In this document: one piece after another, positions 1-13,170 of the stretch | How positions within the stretch are numbered: position 1 is the stretch's first letter | How the letters are laid out: every line of letters starts with the position of its first letter | Assembly: GCF_009914755.1 (NCBI RefSeq) | Contig: NC_060929.1 | Strand: one strand, 5' to 3' | DNA length: 64,000 nt | DNA from: the human T2T-CHM13v2.0 reference genome, Homo sapiens | Made by a program: the position numbers and the translations under genes | The notes under the pieces: generated by a model | Seen by the model: the letters and a program-made list of their open reading frames with translations, nothing else | Databases searched by the model: none | What the model was told of the DNA's origin: nothing

Positions 1-489
1 GAAATTATTTGAGCTGTAAGTTCATTTGAATAATTTTTCTTGGTTTTTATGATAAAATTTAATTCTATCTAGTATGTAGGGTACATATTATATTTTATTG
101 ATAGAGGAAAAATTATATATATGAATGAAACATTATCATTAACAACTCCATTACTCCATTTTAATACATGATATATTGGGGAATATCATAGGTATACTCA
201 GTTTGGGGCATAGATATTACTTTTATAAAGATAACTTGGAGGCAGTAATGATTGATTTAGTTGGAATGTTTTGAGAAAGCTTGTCCTACAGTAAACTTTT
301 CATAAATTTGCCCTCACAAAAGAGTTAAATAATAGGGAAATGCTTTAAAGTTATGTCAAAGATGGTACTCAGAGTAACCAGATATATGAAAAATAAATCA
401 CTGACTCAAGCACATGAAAATATCAACAAGTATTTTGGCAATTAGGTGAACTAAAACCACATCTGGTGATTTTTTTTCAAACCCTGCCT

Positions 490-700
490 CTTATTTTTAT
501 CAAGGTATAAATTATTCACAGTGAAAAGCAAACATCTTAAGTTTACAGTTCAGTGGGTTGCAACAAATGTATGCACCCATATAAGCAGCACCCATACCAA
601 AGAAATTCCCTTCATGGCTCTTTACAATCAATTTCCTCACCCCTCATGCAGAGGTAATCACTTTCCGGATTTCTATCACCATAGCTTCGTTTTAACAGTT
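490..700 (-). mobile_element. Old L1M (L1ME-like) 3' end fragment
   Basis: Antisense L1M tail motifs: 'ttttttatcaaggtataa...aaagcaaacatcttaagtttacagttcagtg...ttctatcaccatag'. Confidence 0.65.
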
Positions 701-704
701 CTAG

Positions 705-1062
705 TAATTGGCTATAAGCAATTATATTACTTAACAATAAAAAGAAATGAACTATTAATAGGCACAACAACATCGATGAACCTTATGATGAGTGAAAGTA
801 ATCAAGCAAAAAAGAAGTACCTACCATATTATTCAATTTACATACAATTCTAGAAAATGAAATTTTCTAGAAATGAAAACAAATCTTTAGTGATGGAACT
901 CAGATGGCTAGGTGTCTGGAGACCAGGAAGATCCGAGAGAGAAATTATAAATGGGCATAAGAAAAATTGGGGGGGCTTATAGATAAGTCAAAATGTATCA
1001 AATTGTACACTTCATACGTAGTTGATTTTGTCAATTATATCTCAGTAAAGCTGTTTAAAAAT
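705..1062 (+). mobile_element. Old L1M (L1ME-like) ORF2 end/3'UTR fragment
   Basis: 'caataaaaagaaatgaactatt...gagtgaaagtaatcaagcaaaaaag...aattgtacacttc...tcaattatatctcagtaaagctgtttaaaaa' is typical of an L1M 3' end. Confidence 0.7.
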
Positions 1063-1139
1063 TGTAACTCCCAATGGCAAATCAGTTTGCTGGGTAAGAA
1101 AAGATCACTTTGCAAGTCACGCTAAGCTTTTATCTTTAA

Positions 1140-1560
1140 TAAGTAATTAAGCTTTCATACAGATTTTTTCAATTTGGAAAACATTTGAGCATGTTATCTT
1201 CAAATATTTTTGCTAATGCCAATTCTTTTCTCTCCCTTTTCTGCAATTCCAGTTCCATGTATGTTCGATGTTTTGATATTGCCACACAATCAAAAGATCG
1301 ATATGGTTATTTTTAATTTTTCCAATCTCTTTTTTCACTCTGTGCTTTGGTTGGTTTGTTTCTGTTGACTTATCTGCAAGTACAGTTATTTTTTTTTCTG
1401 ATTGTCCAATCTGTTGTTATAACCTCCAGTAAATTTTCCATCTTCTCAAATTTCTATTTGAATTTTTATAGTTCTCATTTCTCTACTGTGAACCGCTATT
1501 TGTTCATATATTATATCCATCTTTACCTTAAATCTTTGAAAATATTTATAATATAGTATT
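1140..1560 (-). mobile_element. Old L1M ORF1-region fragment
   Basis: 'aatttggaaaacatttgagcatgttatcttcaaatatttttgct...ctgcaattccagttccatgtatgtt' resembles antisense L1M ORF1. Confidence 0.55.
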
Positions 1561-2059
1561 AAGATTCTTTTGGTTCCCAGAAATCTCTAAACATTTTTTC
1601 AGCACAAGTTATAAAACAATTGTGAATGCATGTTATTTTAGTCTGAGTAAATAGCTCTTTTATTTAATGTTTTATGTAATTTTGATATACTCCTCAGAGC
1701 ACAAACACTGAGCTCTTTAAACACAAACCCTTTCTACACAGGTTTATACAATATTTTGGACATATGAGATGTACACTGGATCTACCATTAAGAGTTCTGT
1801 TAGAACCACCATCACTGGAAGAAGGAATTTATTGATCTACTAAACTTTTCAATGGTTTCAATCTCATATTCAGTTACATATGTTACTAGTTGACCCATTA
1901 AAATAAGATGGCAAAAAAAACAACTCAACCTTTGGAATAGTTTTTTTTTCTCTTTAACAAGTTGTATATATTGTCTTCTGTCATAAATAAAACAAACAAA
2001 TAAATATAATTGAGTAATGTCTTATTCCATATTTGTTTTAATCTGATACTTCACTCTAA

Positions 2060-2545
2060 ATTTTTTTTGAGCTATAATTCACACAAAATAAAATACACAT
2101 ATCTTAAGTGTTTTGCTTAATGATTTTATAATTATATATCTCCACCTAACAACCACCCAAATAAGATATAGAACATTTTCATCAACCTAAAAATTTTCCT
2201 CATGCCCCTTTTCCAGTTAGTTTACCTTCTCCCAAAGGTAAGAAGTTTCTGATTTCTATTGGCATGGAATTCTTTAGCATCTAGCTTCCTTCAAACAAAT
2301 AATATTTTTGAGGTTTGTCCATATTGTTGAGTCAGTGAAGACTTTATTCTTTTTTATTGTTAAGTAGTATTCAATTGTACAAATACATAACACTTTTTTA
2401 TCAATTTTCTGATTGTTAGACCTTTGTATTGTCTTTAAATTTTGCTATCATGAATAAAGTCTCATATACATCTTTCTATGGACATATTTTTTTCTCTCAG
2501 CTGAATACCTAGAAATGGCATTCCTTTGTCATAAGATAGATACCA
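2060..2545 (-). mobile_element. L1ME-like 3' fragment
   Basis: 'ttttttttgagctataattcacacaaaataaaatacacatatcttaagtg...ttgctatcatgaataaag...tacctagaaatggcatt'. Confidence 0.65.
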
Positions 2546-2591
2546 ACTTTCTTACGCTTAGTACTTGTGTGATACATCTTTTCCCACTCTT

Positions 2592-3100
2592 ATTTTATTT
2601 TAAGTTCTGGGATACATGTACAGGACGTGCAGGTTTGTTACATAAGTAAAAGTGTGCCATGATTGTTTGCTGCACCTATCAACCCATCACCTAGGTATTA
2701 AGACTTGCATGCATTAGCTGTTTATCCTGATGCTCTCCCTCTCCCCAGCCCCCTGACAGGCCCCAGTGTGTGTTGTTCCCCTCCCTGTGTCCATGTGTTC
2801 TTGTTGTTCAGCTCCCATTTATAAGTGAGAACATACAGTGGTTTTCTGTTCCTGTGTTAGTTTGATGAGGATAATGACTTCTACCTCCATGCATGTCCCT
2901 ACAAAGGACATGATCTCATTCCTTTTCGTGGCTGCGTAGTATTCCATGGTGTACCACATTTTCTTTGTCCAGTCTATCCTTGATGGGCATTTGGGTTGAT
3001 TCCATGCCTTTGCTATTGTGAATAATGCTGCAATGAACATATGTGTGCATGTATCTTTGTAGTAGAATTATTTATACTCCTTCAGGTATATGCCCAATAA
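2592..3100 (-). mobile_element. 5'-truncated L1PA (about PA8-PA13) with approximate TSD
   Basis: L1PA 3'UTR 'taagttctgggatacatgtacaggacgtgcaggtttgttacat'. The ORF at 2819-3040 gives the ORF2 C-terminal peptide MFIAALFTIAKAWNQPKCPS. Flanks ttttcccactctt (2579-2591) and ttttccactctt (3103-3114). Confidence 0.85.
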
Positions 3101-3277
3101 TTTTTTCCACTCTTTTAAATTTAACTTGTGTTTTTAGATGTTGTAGAATGTTTCTTATAAGCAACATGTAAATAGGTTTTGCTTTTTATTATCTTATAAT
3201 TTCTTTCTTTCTAATGGAGTGCTTAATGCATTTACATTTAATATAATTATGGCTTTGCTCAGTTCAGTTTAACACTG

Positions 3278-3777
3278 CTGTAGGCTCCTTTGAAAGCTCA
3301 TTGAAAATCAACTGACAAAAGGCAGATTAACAGGAGAAAAGGCATTACAAAAATTAACATGTTCACATGTGCATGAGAGTCATACAAAATATTAAAACTA
3401 AAAGAAAGGGCTAGATTGATTTTGCTTTTATACTATCTTGAGCTTACAGGAAAAATAGGGGCTAGGAATATGGCAAGGAGAGAGAAAAAGAAAGGCATGG
3501 GGCAAAGATGATCTCGTTATGTAGATAAAACCTCACAGGTAGCAGCTTTCAGAAAGAATAGATGGGGAAGCCTCTGGTTAAGTTAATCTTTCCTAGGTCT
3601 GAATAAAGGGGAGCGCCTCAGAGAAAGCCTGGCTGTTTATTTCACTAAAGTAGATTTTTCTGTACAGATGCAAATCTCCTCCACGAAAGGCAACTTTTCA
3701 GGGCTATTCTTGTTTGCAGGACCTCGGAATAGCCATCTCAAAATATGGCAAAGGAGTGTATCTTGGGGTGAAATATG
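3278..3777 (-). mobile_element. MER39-like ERV1 LTR
   Basis: Reverse complement reads 'atatttcaccccaagatacactcctttgccatattttgagatggctattc...gcaaacaagaatagccctgaaaagttgcc', like the MER39 5' end. Similar to the copy at 12464. Confidence 0.75.
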
Positions 3778-3829
3778 ATAGAGTTTTTTAAAATTCAATT
3801 TTATCTACTTCATTGACTTTTTAGCAATG

Positions 3830-4148
3830 CATTCATGTATCACTTAATAACAGGAACAAGTTCAAAGATACACATCATTAAATGATTTTATCCTTGCACA
3901 AACATCATAGAATTTACTTACATATACCTAGATGGTATAGAATACTACCCACCTAGGCTATATGATATAGCCTGTTGCTCCTAGGCTACAAATCTGTACA
4001 GCATGTTACTGTACTGAATATTGTAGGCAATTGGAACACAATGGTGGTATTTCTGTATCTAAACATAGAAATGATACAGTAAAAATATGGTATTATAATC
4101 TTCTGGAACCATTGTTGTATATGCAGTCCGTTATGTAGCACATGGCTA
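3830..4148 (+). mobile_element. Tigger3a/MER7A DNA transposon MITE
   Basis: 'cctagatggtatag...cacctaggctatatgatatagcctgttgctcctaggctacaaatctgtacagcatgttactgtactgaata'; degenerate TIRs cattcatg...catggcta. Confidence 0.85.
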
Positions 4149-4444
4149 TAACTTTTTTATGTGTCTGTGTGTGTGTGTATAGGTGGGTGTCTTCACGTAT
4201 GGTTTAGTGTTTACCCTAAAGATCACAATATGCATTCTTAACTTATCACAGCATCATTTCAAATAATACTACACTACTTAAAGAACAATCCAAGAACTAT
4301 ATAGCCTTATAATGTTATTTAACCTCCACTTCATTCTTTGTATTCTTGTGATATGTTTTAATTCAACATATATTATAAGCCCCACAGTCCATTATAATTG
4401 TTTCGGCTTTAAACGGTTAATAGCATTTTAAAGAAACTTAGCAA

Positions 4445-5215
4445 TCTGAAGGTTCTGGGAAGACCAAATTTAGATTTAAAGATGCTAAGGCAGCCAGGAC
4501 CTGAGAGAGGCCAAGTTCCCAGGGATAATATTAAAAGAATTGAGCCCAACAGTCTGAGTCTTTTTTTCCCCTTGAGGCATTTGCCGATTTGTATGTACTG
4601 TAGGCTGAAAGGTAGAGAGCAGAGCAGAAATTAGCTGCTATGAGATTAAGAATCGAAACATGATTTTTGTCAGTTTTGTAATTCTGGGGAGATAAAAAAT
4701 GGAATTAAAAGATCACCGAAAGAATGGGCTTCTAATAAAAACCTCGAGCCTTCAACTGAACTCCAGAAGAGCTGCAGTCTAAGAGTGCGATTAAACTGGA
4801 AATAGATCAGCTTTACAAAGACTGAAACATGGCACTGAATAAGCTCAGTCTCTGTTTGGATTAAAGTAATCCATGCCTGGGCTAATTGCCTCCCAGAAGC
4901 TAAGGAAATCCTCTCTAGAAAAAGGTAACATTTTCTAGAAACCGTAAATTTTGTACATGATTTCCATAATTTAAGTTAAACAAAAAATTACCAGGAATAC
5001 AAGAAAAAAAATGAGGAAAAAAAAATAGGACCTGATGCACATGTGATTCAGGTATTGGTTTTAATACATAGACTTTGAAATACCCATGGTTAATATATTA
5101 AAGATAATAGATGATAAGATAGATAAATCAACCAGAAAATGGAAATTTATATCAAAAGAATAAAATGGAAATTCTAAAACTAGAAAATAGCATCTAAAAT
5201 AAAAAAATACAATAG
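4445..5215 (+). mobile_element. Old L1M 5'/ORF1-start fragment
   Basis: A-rich strand with 'aaaaaattaccaggaatacaagaaaa...gattcaggtattgg...gactttgaaatacccatggttaatatattaaag'. Confidence 0.45.
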
Positions 5216-5621
5216 ATGTCACTGATCATCCACCAGAATAGCTAAAATTAAAACTACTTATTACCATGACCGTGTTGTAAGTGACAGTGACAATGTGGAA
5301 CAATCAAAACTCTTGCACATTGTTAGTAAGTGTGTGAAACAGCACAACAACCTAGGAAAAAGATATGACAGGTCCTTATAAAACTAAACATGTACCTTTC
5401 CCGTGATCCAGCGATTCTATGCCTAGGTATGTAACCAAGAGAATAAAAAACATATCATTGCAAAAAAAAAAAAAAAACTTGTGCAAGTGTATTTGTAACA
5501 GCTTTGTTCATAGTAGCTCAAAACTAGAATCAGTTCAGTTATCCATCAACAGAATGGATTAAAACCAAACTGTGAAATAGTCATACAGTATACTACTACT
5601 CAGCAATAAAAGAGAATGAAC

Positions 5622-6392
<771 letters not shown>

Positions 6393-7049
6393 ATTATTTA
6401 TGCATTTAACAACATGAATGAATTTCAAAAGTGTTATGTTGAGTAAAAAATTCTTACATAAAATAATACACTTTCTAGGAAGTCTAGAACAGGCAAAACT
6501 CATCTATGGTGAAAAAAAAACATTCAGACCAGTGCTTGCTCATTGGTGTAGACACCGGGATTGACTGGAAAAGGGGATGAGAAAACTTTCTAGATGATGA
6601 TAAAAATCTCCTATATCTTATGGGTTCTATGTCTTATAAGTTGAATTGTATTCCCCCAGAAATATGTGTTTATACAAGTGTTTGCATTTATCAACACTCA
6701 GGAAATAAAGGTTTAAGATTTATGCAATTCATTGTGCATAAATTCTACCTCAAAAGAAATAAAATCTGTAAACAACAAATACAGAATTCTAATTAATGAT
6801 ATGCATTCTAAAGTATTTAAGGGAAGTGCACTGATATCTGCAATTTAATTGGAAATACATTGAAAAGTAAGATGATTGTTAAATTGACAGAGAGATAAGA
6901 TAACATAAGTATAATATAATATTAATGGTAGAATCTATTTGGTAGATAGATATATGGGTACTTAATATAAAATTTTTTCAACAGTTCTGTGTTTGACTGT
7001 TTTCATCATAGAATGTTGCACAATAAAAGAGGGTAGCATAGGAATTTAT

Positions 7050-7462
7050 AAGCAAATTATATATAGCTGAAGAGAGGTTTAGTCAGACTAATACCTACAG
7101 TAAAAAAGCGAATAAAAATACAGAAAGAAGCATAAGTGGGACTAGACTCAGTGATAAAGTCTAGCATAGGTATAATTGGAGTTCTAGAGTAGAAAGAGAA
7201 AGAGAATGGACTAAATGCTGTTTTAAAAAAGATAATAGCTGAGAATTTTTCAGAGCAGATGAAAGACTTCAAGCTACATGTTGACTTAACACAATGAAAT
7301 GCCAGCAGGATAAATATGAAGAAAAACACAACTAGGTACATCTAGTTGAACTATTGAAAGACACAAATGTCTTAAAGAATTCAGAGAAGCAACAATAAGA
7401 CTGAGAGCTGACTTCTCAATAGAAATGATGGAAGCCAGAAGTCAATGGAATGACATTTTAAA
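7050..7462 (+). mobile_element. Old L1M ORF1 fragment
   Basis: 'ataattggagttctagagtagaaagagaaagagaatgga...gataatagctgagaatttttcag...gctgacttctcaatagaaatgatggaagccagaagtcaatggaatgacattt'. Confidence 0.75.
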
Positions 7463-7479
7463 TATGAGGCACATGGATA

Positions 7480-7715
7480 GAGCTAGCAATTATTAGGCTC
7501 CTCCTATTGTGTACTAGGCTCTAGGCCAAACTCTTTACAAACATTATCTCATTTAGTCCTCACACTCTCCCAAAGAGATCAAATTCATATCTCCATTTTA
7601 ATGAAAGGAAATTGAGCCTTGAAAAAGTTAATGATTTACATAAATTCAGACAGCTAACCAGTGGTAAAGATTGAAACTTCACTGTGACAGGTTCCAACAT
7701 ATTTACCCTATATAT
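7480..7715 (-). mobile_element. MIR
   Basis: 'ctttacaaacattatctcatttagtcctcac...ccattttaatgaaaggaaattgagcctt' is the MIR core. Confidence 0.7.
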
Positions 7716-8474
7716 TATGAAGCTTCCTGTCTGCTTTCATATCTATCCCTATGGGTCTGCTTAGGCTCTGTGTCCACGCACTTCCTGGTTTGGCAATCTC
7801 ATTGCCAAGTCTTGTAGTAGTTATGACAATATGCCAGAGTTAATAATGCAAAGGAGAAAGAGAGAGAAAAATAAATGTGGTGGAATGCTAGTATCTAATA
7901 TTGGATAACAAGGATACAGATCACATTATTGTATGGTACCACAGACTGTGGAGAGAATACCCTTAATTGGCATCTTTTCTTTGAATGCAATATATCTAAT
8001 CTCCATTTTGACCCTATAGTAAATGAATGAAATGCTACCTGTGTGTTGTTAGCACCATATTGTGAAGTGTATATTATTATAGAAAATTGACAAGCTGATG
8101 AGCTGTTCTTTAGCTAAGAGAATATCCTATTTTTAATTTATATTATTTCATAAGGAAATGTGCTGATGACAGCTTATTTCAGTGGCAACTGCCGATGCAT
8201 AACCTTTTTGCTAGACAACATTATATCAGTATGACAATATTTTTTAAATTATACTAAATACTAGGAATGTGTTTTCAAGAATATTTGAGAAATGAGTATA
8301 TAAGATTATAAATGAGTATACAAAAATATTTCTTAATATATTAGCACATATAGGAGATTTTATTGGGGAAATGCATCTTTTATAATGAGGTAATCTTTAT
8401 GTTCAATAATATTTTGTTTTTATGTATTTTTTCTTTAAGCCTATAATAAGATGTAAGAATATCTCTTCAGAATA

Positions 8475-8745
8475 CATTTATATGTGTAGATGAATACACA
8501 AATGTGTGTATGTATATATTGATATGCATATAGACAAAAAATTCCGAAGTTAGAACTTAAATATGTATACATACACATATGTAATTATATATGTCTAATT
8601 TTATATAGAAAATATATATAATTTAAATTAAATATAATTATATATGTGTGTATATATACACATATCAAAATACTTGTGTGTATTTGTGTGTGTATATATA
8701 TATAGTTGTGTGTATATACACATATACACACAAGAATTTTGATAT
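8475..8745. repeat. TA/TG/CA-rich low-complexity tract
   Basis: Visible (TA)n/(TG)n/(CA)n mosaic. Confidence 0.85.
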
Positions 8746-9115
8746 AGCCTGAATTTTTCTAGGAGTCACTAATCTATGGTTCAAATAAAGTTATTTATTA
8801 ATAGTGCTCAAATTTCGCCATTCTATTGCTCATATACTAATGAAGCCACCTCAAAATCTAAGCCAGCTGGTTCTAGGAGAATGAGTGGGAATGGAGTTTG
8901 GGGAGCTCATAAAGAGTATTGTGTTCTCTGTTCTCCCACTCATTGACACTTCCATGAAGCTCACCGGGGATCCCATATCACCAACTCACAGCCAACCTGA
9001 CCACAGCAAGAGTGATATATTCATTCAGGTGCCATCCACTGGATACTCCCAAAGTGCTCACCATCCAAGGAGCCTGAGCACTGCTGCGCTCCACTTTTTT
9101 GTCCACAAAGCAGGT

Positions 9116-9636
9116 GTATTAGTCTGTTCTCACACTGCTCTAAAGACACTACCTGAGACTTGGTAATTTATAAAGAAAAGAGATTGAATTGACTCACAGT
9201 TTTGCATGTCTGGGGAGGCCTCAGGAAACTTAAAATCATGGTGGAAGGCAAAGGGGAAGCAGGCACCTTCTTCACAAGGTAGCAGGAGAGAGAGCACAGG
9301 GGAAACTGCCCAGCCCACAAAGCCATTTTTCCCTTCTAGGCCTCCAGGCCTGTGATAGGAGGAGCTGCTGTGAAGGTCTCTGAAATGCCCTGGAGACATT
9401 TCCCCCATCGTCTTGACTACTAAGATTCAGCTCCTCCTTGTGCAAATTTCTGCAGCCGGCTTGAATTCCTCCCCAAAATATGGGTTTTGCTTTTTTACCA
9501 TATGGCCACCCTACAAAATTTCCAAATCTTTATGCTCAGCTTTCCTTTTAAATATAAGTTCCAACTTCAAACCATCTCTTTGTGAATGCATATAACTGAA
9601 TACTTTCAGAATAAGCCAAGTCACCTCTTAAACACT
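9116..9636 (-). mobile_element. MSTA/THE1-type MaLR: partial LTR (9116-9310) fused to an internal fragment (9311-9636)
   Basis: LTR end 'tgtattagtctgttctcacactgct...gaggcctcaggaaactt'. The following sequence matches, in reverse, the internal region of the provirus near 37840-38095. Confidence 0.85.
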
Positions 9637-10579
9637 TTCCCCACACCTAGGTTTTAAGCTCCCTGAGTTCAGGGACTATGAGTATTTTCTGTTTCCTACA
9701 ACTTCTGGTCCAGTGATTTAAATAAAGATGCTCAATAAATTTTGGCTAATCATGTATAATAGAAATCAAATTAAGATGCACAGAAGGTAAGAATCTTTTC
9801 AAAGTTTACATAAAATTATCTAAAAGTATATTATGTAGTTAAACATGAGGAATATAGAAATCAAAGAAAAATTTGATAACCTTTAAATATATACCACTTG
9901 ACTATTTTTATGACTTCAGACACAATATTTCTGGGGCACATAGTTATCCATTTTGGATAACATTTGGAAGTTGTTGGACAAAAAGGTAAAACTTAAAATT
10001 TTTTTCAAAACGTGTAAAAAATGAAAAAAGTGTTTTCTCTAAGGAAATCCATTTTACAAGTGAAAATTTCTTTGTCCAAGTTCTCTCTATCAGGAGTAAT
10101 TTAATTTTCTTCATAATTTAGGCAGAAATAAGTAAGTTTTTCTTGGATTCAAACATCAGCAAGCAATACAAAGACATTATTAGTATGTTTTGTAATCTTC
10201 ACCAAGACTGTGAAATAGAAACTAACTGGAAAAAAAGTTGCTTTAGAAAGAGCAATGTAGAAACTATTCATATGGGGGATGAGGAGGCACATAAATGTAA
10301 CATATAAAAATTTATCAAAGATAAAATAATAATTTAATGCCTATATCTTTGGAGACAACAAATACTTAAATAGAGATATATTCTTCCATTCAAAAAATAC
10401 TTAGAAAGGTCTAGAAATAGTCTAGTGATAAATGAGATATATCTATACTTACAATGTAATATGCATCTCTCTAGAAATTTATTTGTTAACATGGAAACTT
10501 GTTCATCATATATTAAAGTTTTAAAAAACAATTAAAAATAATACATTGTGTAATTGTATCTATGTAGAAAAATAAGAAA

Positions 10580-11272
10580 TATATATGTATATAATATATA
10601 CATAATACATAATACATATATGTATTATGTATATATTATATACATATATACATAATACATATATGTATATATTATATACATAATACATGTGTGTATATAT
10701 GTATATATTATATACATATATACATAATACATGTGTGTATATATGTATATATTATATACATAATACATATATGTATATATAATATATAATATATACATAC
10801 TACATATATGTATATATAATATACATTATATACATATATACATACTACATATATGTATATATTATATACAATATATACATATATACATACTACATATATG
10901 TATATTATATACAATATATACATATATACATAATACATATATGTATATATTACATAGTATATAATATATACATAATACATATATGTGTATATATTATATA
11001 CTATATACATATATACATAATAATATATGTATACAGTATATACTATATACATATATACATAATTAATATATGTATATATTATATAGTATATACTATATAC
11101 ATAATACATATATGTATATAGTATATACTATATAATATATACATAATACATATATGTATATATAATATACTATATAATATATACATAATACATATATGTA
11201 TATATATTACATATACATTATATAGTATATATCCATATCTATAGTATATATTTATGGAGAGAGAGAGAGAGA
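10580..11272. repeat. ~670-bp TA-rich minisatellite (tacatatatgta/tataata/catac units) followed by (GA)n
   Basis: Directly visible tandem degenerate units of roughly 30-45 bp. Confidence 0.95.
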
Positions 11273-11279
11273 GTCTCTG

Positions 11280-11717
11280 AAGGAAAGTGTCTTGAATGCT
11301 GTAAGTGCCCCTTCTATATCACTTTTACTGGACCAGTGCACCCACACTCTGACTGCTGCTATGAGTTTTGCCTGCTGAGGCTCACCACTGCCACCTTTCT
11401 CTGAAGAATTGTCCTTGGCTAAAAAGGAACTGCCTTGCTCAGAGTTAGAATGCCCTGTCCCAGGAGGCATCTTGCAATCAATGACAGAGAGTACAAATGC
11501 CTGGCCTCATGCCTCAACTAACTCTGTAGTGCCAACTGTGCTCTGAATTTCCCATGAGACCAGAAGCATGAGACTTCAGCCAATTTCACAAGCTTTCACA
11601 GCTCCTTCCCCTGCCATATCCTATCACTTCTCCTGCCCCAAGAGCACTCCCTCAATTAATCATGTGTGTCTGATTCCCTGTTGTAGGTTGGGCTTCTAGG
11701 AAACCAGCCCTGAGACA
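11280..11717 (+). mobile_element. LTR16-family (ERVL) solo LTR
   Basis: 'ctctgaagaattgtccttggctaaaaaggaactgcc...gagcactccctcaattaatca...ggcttctaggaaaccagccctgagaca'. Confidence 0.75.
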
Positions 11718-12463
11718 TACATAAAATGTTAAAAGTAGTTCTACAGGTACTGGAATTAGAGATCATTTTTAGGTTATTTTTCATGCTCTTCCTGATTAAA
11801 CTATTTTTAGGATTTTATTTGGTAGAACCTCAAAATATAGAAAAAAAGAAAGTTCAAAGAAATTGAACATATTTTATTTTAATATAATAATATGTGTTCA
11901 TTTAAATAAGACCAAATTTCTTCAGGATCCTTCAGGAAAGAATAAAGTAAGTATGTCTCCTCTTTGAATATTCCCAAATTATTAATAATAAATTATTTCC
12001 TGATGCCAGTTTTAGTCTTTAGATTCTAAGATTTTACATTAGATGAAATATAAATACTAATTGGAATATTATTGATCTTTTTCAACTTCCTCCTCATAGT
12101 AGCTTCAATAAGCATATTATTATACTAGATAACTTGAAAAAGCATCTCATTTTCTTTGACATTTTTTCTGTTACTTATATCTAGATCACAAAATCACACA
12201 AGTCTTGGCAAAGAAAGTTTTGAAACTTTGTGGAAGTTTTTGGCATTATCTATGTCATACTTGAAAATCATTTGTTTTAGTCATATAATACACTTAGTAT
12301 TTTTTCTGGACACTATGGTAGCCATGTTACCTGTTTTTACCTTAATCCTCACAGCAGCCCTTCAGCAATATTATTATTCGTAATTGAGAATCAGAAACAT
12401 TAGGTGCATTATACAAGGTCTCATATCTAAGGGTACCATATCCATCATACCACTTCTTCCTTT

Positions 12464-13170
12464 TGAAGGAAACCAGAATATTTCACCCCAAAATGTGTTT
12501 CTTTTGCATATTTGGAGACAGCTTTTCAGAAAAGCTGCATACACAAGAATAGCCCTGAAAAGCTGTCTTTTGTGGAAAAGATTTGCATCTGTAGAGGAAA
12601 TCTACATTAGTGAAATGAAGTAAACAGCAGATGCAAATAGGCTTTTTCTAAGCACCTCCCCCCAGCTCTCATCCAGATTCAGGAAGGGTAACTCATAAGA
12701 ACAGGAGATGAAAGTTTGACACTTTAAAAGGTCTGGCAGAAGAACTTTTACTACAGGTCATCATTTATCCCTCAAAGGCAATTCTGAGAGATTACTTGAT
12801 TGGGCTTTATTTGCATAAGACAACCATTGTTCATAGTGAAGTTCTGCCCCTCACCTTTCCCTACACAACCTCCTCTAGAGCTCAGAGAAAGTTGGTCCTA
12901 GGCTATTGTTTATTTGGGCTTATTCATTTCCCCTGAAAATAATTTATTTCTATATCCCCACATCTCTTCTCTCCTCAGTAGAAATGGTATTTAAGCATCA
13001 ACCATCTGGCCCTTTTTTTTGAGTTTTTACATTTTGTATAATTCCTGTGCACATGTGTGTGAAATAAATGTATTATCCCTTTTTCTTGTTAACCTGTCTT
13101 TTGTTTTAAGGGTGTCAGTCATGACCCCTTATGATGGGGAAGAAAAGGATCAACCCCTTTCCATTCCTAA
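12464..13170 (+). mobile_element. MER39-like ERV1 solo LTR
   Basis: Starts 'tgaaggaaaccagaatatttcaccccaaaat'; contains 'atttgcatctgtag', aataaa, and terminal 'gatggggaagaaaaggatcaacccctttcc'. Confidence 0.8.

Noticed and set aside
10708-11109. 133-aa Y/I/M/V-rich ORF
   Set aside because: Translation of the TA minisatellite.
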